Shown here in pieces: positions 32,178-36,674 of a stretch of DNA of 36,674 bases. A program made the position numbers and the translations under genes. The notes under the pieces were generated by a model. That model worked only from the letters and a program-made list of their open reading frames with translations. It had not been told where the DNA came from and did no database searches. The stretch is from Hydrurus foetidus (Eukaryota): positions 1-36,674 of the forward strand of contig UYFQ01000742.1 of the NCBI GenBank assembly GCA_900617105.1. The letters are read 5' to 3'. The first letter of the stretch is position 1, and each line of letters begins with the position of its first letter.

Positions 32178-32314
32178 ACGATTCACTTACTTAATTAAGT
32201 GTCCGTTATAATTTGTACTTTATCGGTTTGAGGTTTATCTGATAAGCTAATACCGTGAACCGTAAGGTACGGTATCATATGACCGGGAAGCGATCGGAAT
32301 GCAGTGAAATAGAA
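32060..32314 (+). repeat. E2 repeat B2 (255 bp), 3' terminus
   Basis: Copy of B1. Confidence 0.95.
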
Positions 32315-32916
32315 CATTTTATTTTACCAAAAAAGTCGTCGGAGACGGTACCAGCAAGGGGGTATACCAGCAAGGGGGTGCAACAGTTGAGCTATTCCCA
32401 AAATTTGCCAAGGTGCAGATCAGTATTCAGTTTTCAACTTGGTCGAGAGAAACTTACCTTAGTGGGGAGGAGCCAAAAGCGAGGCGCCGTTGCAGACAAA
32501 ATTCGTATGTCTTCAGAGGCGGAAAGATGGGTCGAATCTTCGTGGCTCATCGCTGACGACGCGCTGTCGACGGTGAATTTGCTGCATGCTGCCAAAGCGG
32601 AGATCGTTTCTGGCATTCATGATGTTGAGTATGTTCGGGTAGTTGGGAGTTGAGTGAGAGGTTGGTGAGAAAAGCTTGAGTGGGACTTTGGGTTGGTACT
32701 GCCCCCCTCCTTTTATTACCAGAGCAGAATAAACTGGCGCGATTATACCGGAAATCCAGATGAAGTGATGATAAAAAACATGAAACCCATCTCGCAACTG
32801 AACTTCTGCGTGAAACTTTCCCACATAAAAGTTGAAATACGCGACCGAACATGAAGTCGCATTCCTCCTACTCGACTGATCATCTCTTCGATCACATCTA
32901 ATTCCCATATTCAAAA

Positions 32917-34399
32917 ATGACGGAAGAAGAAATTGACCTCTATCCGATAACAACGAAGGCTCCTGCCGTCAAGAAGAGACCTCGCGAAGTATCGACTGCA
33001 CCAGCAAATGGGTCACTTCACATAAGTGTGTACAGCGTCGTGCTGAAGGGAGGTTCTGAAACTTTCACGAAGTCGCGTTTCTCAAGGGTAATCGAAATCA
33101 AGAATGCCATCACCAGCATCATCGATCCCACATCTTCGACTCCTGCCATTCTGTCTGGGGAGCTTCATAGGATAATTGTGAAATTCTTTGGCGAGTTAGC
33201 GGACGAGACGATGGAGAAAATTCGTTCCGGCGATGGGGAGATAACGGAGAGCTCCCTCATGGGTGATGGTCATGCAGATTGTAAGGTGAACAAGTGATTT
33301 ATATTTTCCTCTGTGGAACAATTATTTCTTGACACAAGCAATTTATATCTGATGTAGTACAATCTATCTGGTCCGTTTTTCGACTTGAACGAAGGCGTGC
33401 GTTTGTTGTGCTCGGCTACAGCTGTCCTCGCAGTTGAAGCGTCACCTTACGGAAAAGGTCGTTTTTCGACTCCAACTTATGGTGCACCATTCTCTGCTAT
33501 GGTTGGGTGCTGATGGTAACTATCTTCTCTTTGTTATTTGCCCCACAAAGTAAGTTTTATTTCTTTAGTAACAAATCTCTCCATTACAGCTTCAAGGTAC
33601 CCCGACTCTCAAGCCATTAGTTGCTCTTCAGCTGCAGTCACAATTACACATTCGACTTACCGATCCTAGTGAGGGCGACATCACATCTCAAACTTTGATC
33701 AATACTGGTACAACAGACATCCTTAAGTACATAAAGTAAGTAGGAATTCGAAACCTAACTTCATTTTGACACTACTTTTTAATTCATCTAATCAATAAAA
33801 TAATGTCAGGGCTGGTAATTCTGTCTCAACTGCCACCAGTGTCAGTCATGCCCAACTAGCATTTTACACTTACAAATTATCGTGGTATCCCATGTCGGCT
33901 CTCCCTCGTTCGGATTTTTGGGGTTGTCTGCATTCTAACGATGCCACTTCCATCCAAGTCAATTCCTATGCTGGAAAAGACAAGTCGATGATATCAATGA
34001 GGGTAATTGAAATTTAACACCTTTTTTCATTTTCACTTGAAATCGTTGATCTTGTTTTTAATTCTCCTTTTTTTACATTACTCTTACGTAATCAGTCGAC
34101 TGCACAGAAGCTGGATGATGCGCGGCCATCAGTTTCAGAACTGGGTGATATCAAGTCCCTGATGGGCACTCTCTTGAGTAAGCTAGCGAAACCGCAAATG
34201 ACCACTCTCTTGGATCTTGGCTCTAAAGACAGCATCTACTGTTCAGTGAGAGACATTGCAAGAGAGGGTCAACAGCATATTGACTGCTTGGCAATTATAT
34301 TTTCTGGATCGCAAAACAGCGGAAAGTCTTACTGCAGTGACGCTCAGAATCCATTCCTTGTAACAGAAGGGGATGACGTCGACTGCAAAGGGAATCCAA
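32917..34399 (+). CDS. Multi-exon gene of unknown function, truncated by LTR insertion
   Basis: Exon 32917-33285, intron to 33357, and further open exons starting near 33358, 33590, 33810 and 34096 with GT-AG introns. The exon 2 donor is ambiguous (TGA nearby). The last exon runs into the LTR at 34400. Confidence 0.55.
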
Positions 34400-34672
34400 T
34401 GTAGTCGCGGCCGGATTCGAGTACGAAGAATCCGGGTAAAGACGGTATGCTGGAGTAAACTGTTAGGTTAGTTACAGTTTGTGAAAGAAGCGAGCAAGCA
34501 GCTAACAACAGACACAAACGATAGGCTACAAGGGTGCTGATGCTGATGAGCGTCCGTTACCGGTGGACAGTTGATGTGGATGAAAATAGACTATGGGTGC
34601 GTGAATTATATACATACGTGAATATATACAAACGTATATAAAGTGTACGGTGAACGTACGTGCTAGGCTACA
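34400..34672 (-). repeat. 3' LTR (273 bp)
   Basis: Minus strand TGTAGCC...GACTACA terminal inverted repeat (6/7 match), immediately after the polypurine tract. The partner LTR is outside the window. Confidence 0.8.
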
Positions 34673-34688
34673 CTACTCCTTCCTCCTT
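34673..34688 (-). other. Polypurine tract (plus-strand primer)
   Basis: AAGGAGGAAGGAGTAG on the minus strand directly before the LTR TG. Confidence 0.85.
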
Positions 34689-35004
34689 AAAATTTAAGTT
34701 AAGTGAAAGAAAATGAATATGAGTGGAAATACATGTGGTAACGTATAGCTCATTTGAAAAAGGTGCCACTTCAAATTATTCAGGGATCCCATACGCCTAT
34801 CTATCGTCAAAGATTTGGTAGTATGTGTGGATATGAAAATCAAAATGTTGTCGACACGATTTTCATCGGCGGCACTCCTTAGAGTCGGGGTATAATATCT
34901 AAACAATTATGTCAGACTCTTACTGACTAAAAACTCCCAAAAAGAATGTTGACCGACAACAAACAAAAAATAGGGTTGAAATCCATCATGGATATTGTTT
35001 AGTA

Positions 35005-36672
35005 TTATATATTTGTATCTACAACGTTCGTAAACTTTCTAGGTATTAAACGTTGAAGATTGTTAGATGTCAAGTATTCGTGTAATTTTTCGGTATCACG
35101 AAGATTGGCATAGGATGTCCATGAATTGTGTTCATCGGCATAACCTAACCATTTGACAAGGAATTCTAACGAAGTTTTGCGTTGTAAGTCACCACGATGT
35201 TCAAGGATATTCTCAATATAAAATTCCATATAATCATGACGAGCAACGTCTAATGGTTCAACACGTAGTGGATCAAAAAGAAAAGGTTTCATATCTGAAA
35301 CATGATATTCTTTTTCGACATGAGAGATAAGATCATAAAGGGTAAACCTTGAGTTTGATCCGGAAATAACTCTCATAGGACCACGCCAGAACGTATGAAG
35401 ACGTGTAGGCGGGTGACCTGTACGGTAATGTACCAATACATACGTTCCGGGTTGGAAATCCGTATGTTGTAATTGTTTTTTATGTGTCATATGAAGTAAG
35501 TCAGTGCGAAGAAGCTCTTTAGCAGCTGCTTTTCTAAGACTATCTTGTGTCTTGAGAAGGTTACTCATATAGACTGACATAGATTTCTTTGAAGGAGGAA
35601 CTTCGTCAATTGGACGGAACATACCACGATCAAGATTAACACAGTTACCAAACAGTAATTGTGCAGAAGATATCTTTAAACGATCACTATGATTTGAATT
35701 AATTATTCTCATAACGAAAGGTAAAGCTAATTTGTAATCTTCTAATGAAGTGTTGTCGTATGTGAGTGATCGGATGTGACGGTTAATCTCTTTGTTCATA
35801 CGTTCAACAATAGCATTTTCCTCCTTAGAGTAAGCTAATGTTAAACAGTGTCGAGTACCAACAAACGATAAAAACTCACGTATTACGTCAGCAATAAAGT
35901 GGGGACCGTTATCTGATCTTAACTGATGAGGTGCTCCGAAACGACCAAAATGTTGTATTAGACATTGGGCGGCGGATAGTGCAGTTGAATCAGTAGTATG
36001 ATACAATTCAGTCCAACGAGTGAATGTATCAATGATAACGAGGATATGTCCTCCGTCAGGAAATGGACCGACAAAGTCGATGTTTAAACATTCCATAGGG
36101 TAATACGACGAAGTCGTAAAAGGATGAGCATGAATAGGTATTTTAATCATACTCATCTTTTGACATTGTGGGCAAAAGTCAATGAAATATCTAACATGAT
36201 TTTCCATGAATTCCCACTTATGTTGATTTGCTTTCAATCGTTTCATAGTTCTGGCTAGTCCAAAATGACCAACCATAGAATTGTGAACTGATGATATAGC
36301 ATTGTATTGCATATCGGTGAGTTGAATTTTCGGAATAATAGCTGCTGCAAGAATCATATCTGCAGAGTATTCCTTAGGTGAGTCGATCATATTGTTACGA
36401 CATAGTCGAGACATAGAGTCGGCGATATCATTATCAACACCTTTAATAAATTCAATTTTATATGTATACTCTGAGAGTGCTACATACCACCGAACAATCA
36501 TTGGATTAGAATTGTTATATATGTATAACAGATTTCTATGATCCGTTCGAATTGTAAATAATCTATCACGTAAAAGTGATTGTAGAAAAATACAAGAATA
36601 GTAAATTGCATAAGCTTCCTTTTGAATAGTGGACCAACGAAGTTGAGACCCAGAAAGAGATTTGCTTACTAA
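35005..36672 (-). CDS. Gypsy Pol C-terminal part: RNase H, integrase (HHCC, DDE, GPY/F), chromodomain
   Basis: Uninterrupted frame: WSTIQKEAYAI, RTDHRNL, NDIADSMSR; HNSMVGH...CPQC; IDFVGP, SDNG, VERMN; WRGPM; IENILEHR...FLVKWLGY...NSW. Confidence 0.96.
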   Translation of the reverse strand, partial: LVSKSLSGSQLRWSTIQKEAYAIYYSCIFLQSLLRDRLFTIRTDHRNLLYIYNNSNPMIVRWYVALSEYTYKIEFIKGVDNDIADSMSRLCRNNMIDSPKEYSADMILAAAIIPKIQLTDMQYNAISSVHNSMVGHFGLARTMKRLKANQHKWEFMENHVRYFIDFCPQCQKMSMIKIPIHAHPFTTSSYYPMECLNIDFVGPFPDGGHILVIIDTFTRWTELYHTTDSTALSAAQCLIQHFGRFGAPHQLRSDNGPHFIADVIREFLSFVGTRHCLTLAYSKEENAIVERMNKEINRHIRSLTYDNTSLEDYKLALPFVMRIINSNHSDRLKISSAQLLFGNCVNLDRGMFRPIDEVPPSKKSMSVYMSNLLKTQDSLRKAAAKELLRTDLLHMTHKKQLQHTDFQPGTYVLVHYRTGHPPTRLHTFWRGPMRVISGSNSRFTLYDLISHVEKEYHVSDMKPFLFDPLRVEPLDVARHDYMEFYIENILEHRGDLQRKTSLEFLVKWLGYADEHNSWTSYANLRDTEKLHEYLTSNNLQRLIPRKFTNVVDTNI

Positions 36673-36674
36673 CG

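Larger units (their letters stand above)
27020..32314 (+). mobile_element. Non-autonomous split-direct-repeat YR retrotransposon E2 (A1...B1-A2-spacer-B2), about 5.3 kb
   Basis: A1 27020-27272 matches A2 31736-31988; B1 31483-31736 matches B2 32060-32314; YR remnant just before B1; no RT motifs found inside; no target-site duplication. Confidence 0.88.
34400..36674 (-). mobile_element. Ty3/Gypsy chromovirus, 3' portion (runs off the right edge)
   Basis: RNase H-integrase-chromodomain ORF followed by PPT and 3' LTR. Confidence 0.95.

Noticed and set aside
1..36674. The two Gypsy fragments as ends of one element enclosing the window
   Set aside because: The order is wrong for a minus-strand element, the 34400-34672 LTR has no match near 3400-4187, and base composition differs.

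Overview
Eukaryotic, intron-rich (short GT-AG introns of about 60-105 bp), transposon-dense window. Left to right: (1) the 5' part of a decayed Ty3/Gypsy LTR retrotransposon on the minus strand (1-~4187); (2) a probable multi-gene Helitron2/Helentron-like region with a RepHel gene (HUH Rep + Pif1 helicase, 14595-20186, minus) next to spliced genes for an RPA-like OB-fold protein, a papain-fold Cys-His-Asp protease-like protein and two unknown proteins; (3) a 10-copy, 456-bp tandem array made from the convergent 3' ends of the protease-like and helicase genes; (4) a 5'-truncated, decayed Ngaro/PAT-like tyrosine-recombinase (YR) retrotransposon, E1 (20417-25492); (5) a structurally complete non-autonomous YR element, E2, with split direct repeats A1...B1-A2-spacer-B2 (27020-32314); (6) a spliced gene cut off by the 3' LTR of a second Gypsy element (chromovirus) whose RNase H-integrase-chromodomain frame is intact. 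The most striking signal is shared by the two otherwise divergent YR elements at the spacer/B2 junction: a covarying 13-bp stem flanked by conserved motifs (CTGACC, GTGAAGGGC, GYGACGCCAYCTGTA), plus a conserved 23-24 nt box. In the B1 copies the GAAGGGC motif is instead sequestered in an alternative hairpin. This is a candidate undescribed structured RNA/ssDNA element of YR retrotransposon replication. All calls were made by eye; no database searches were run.
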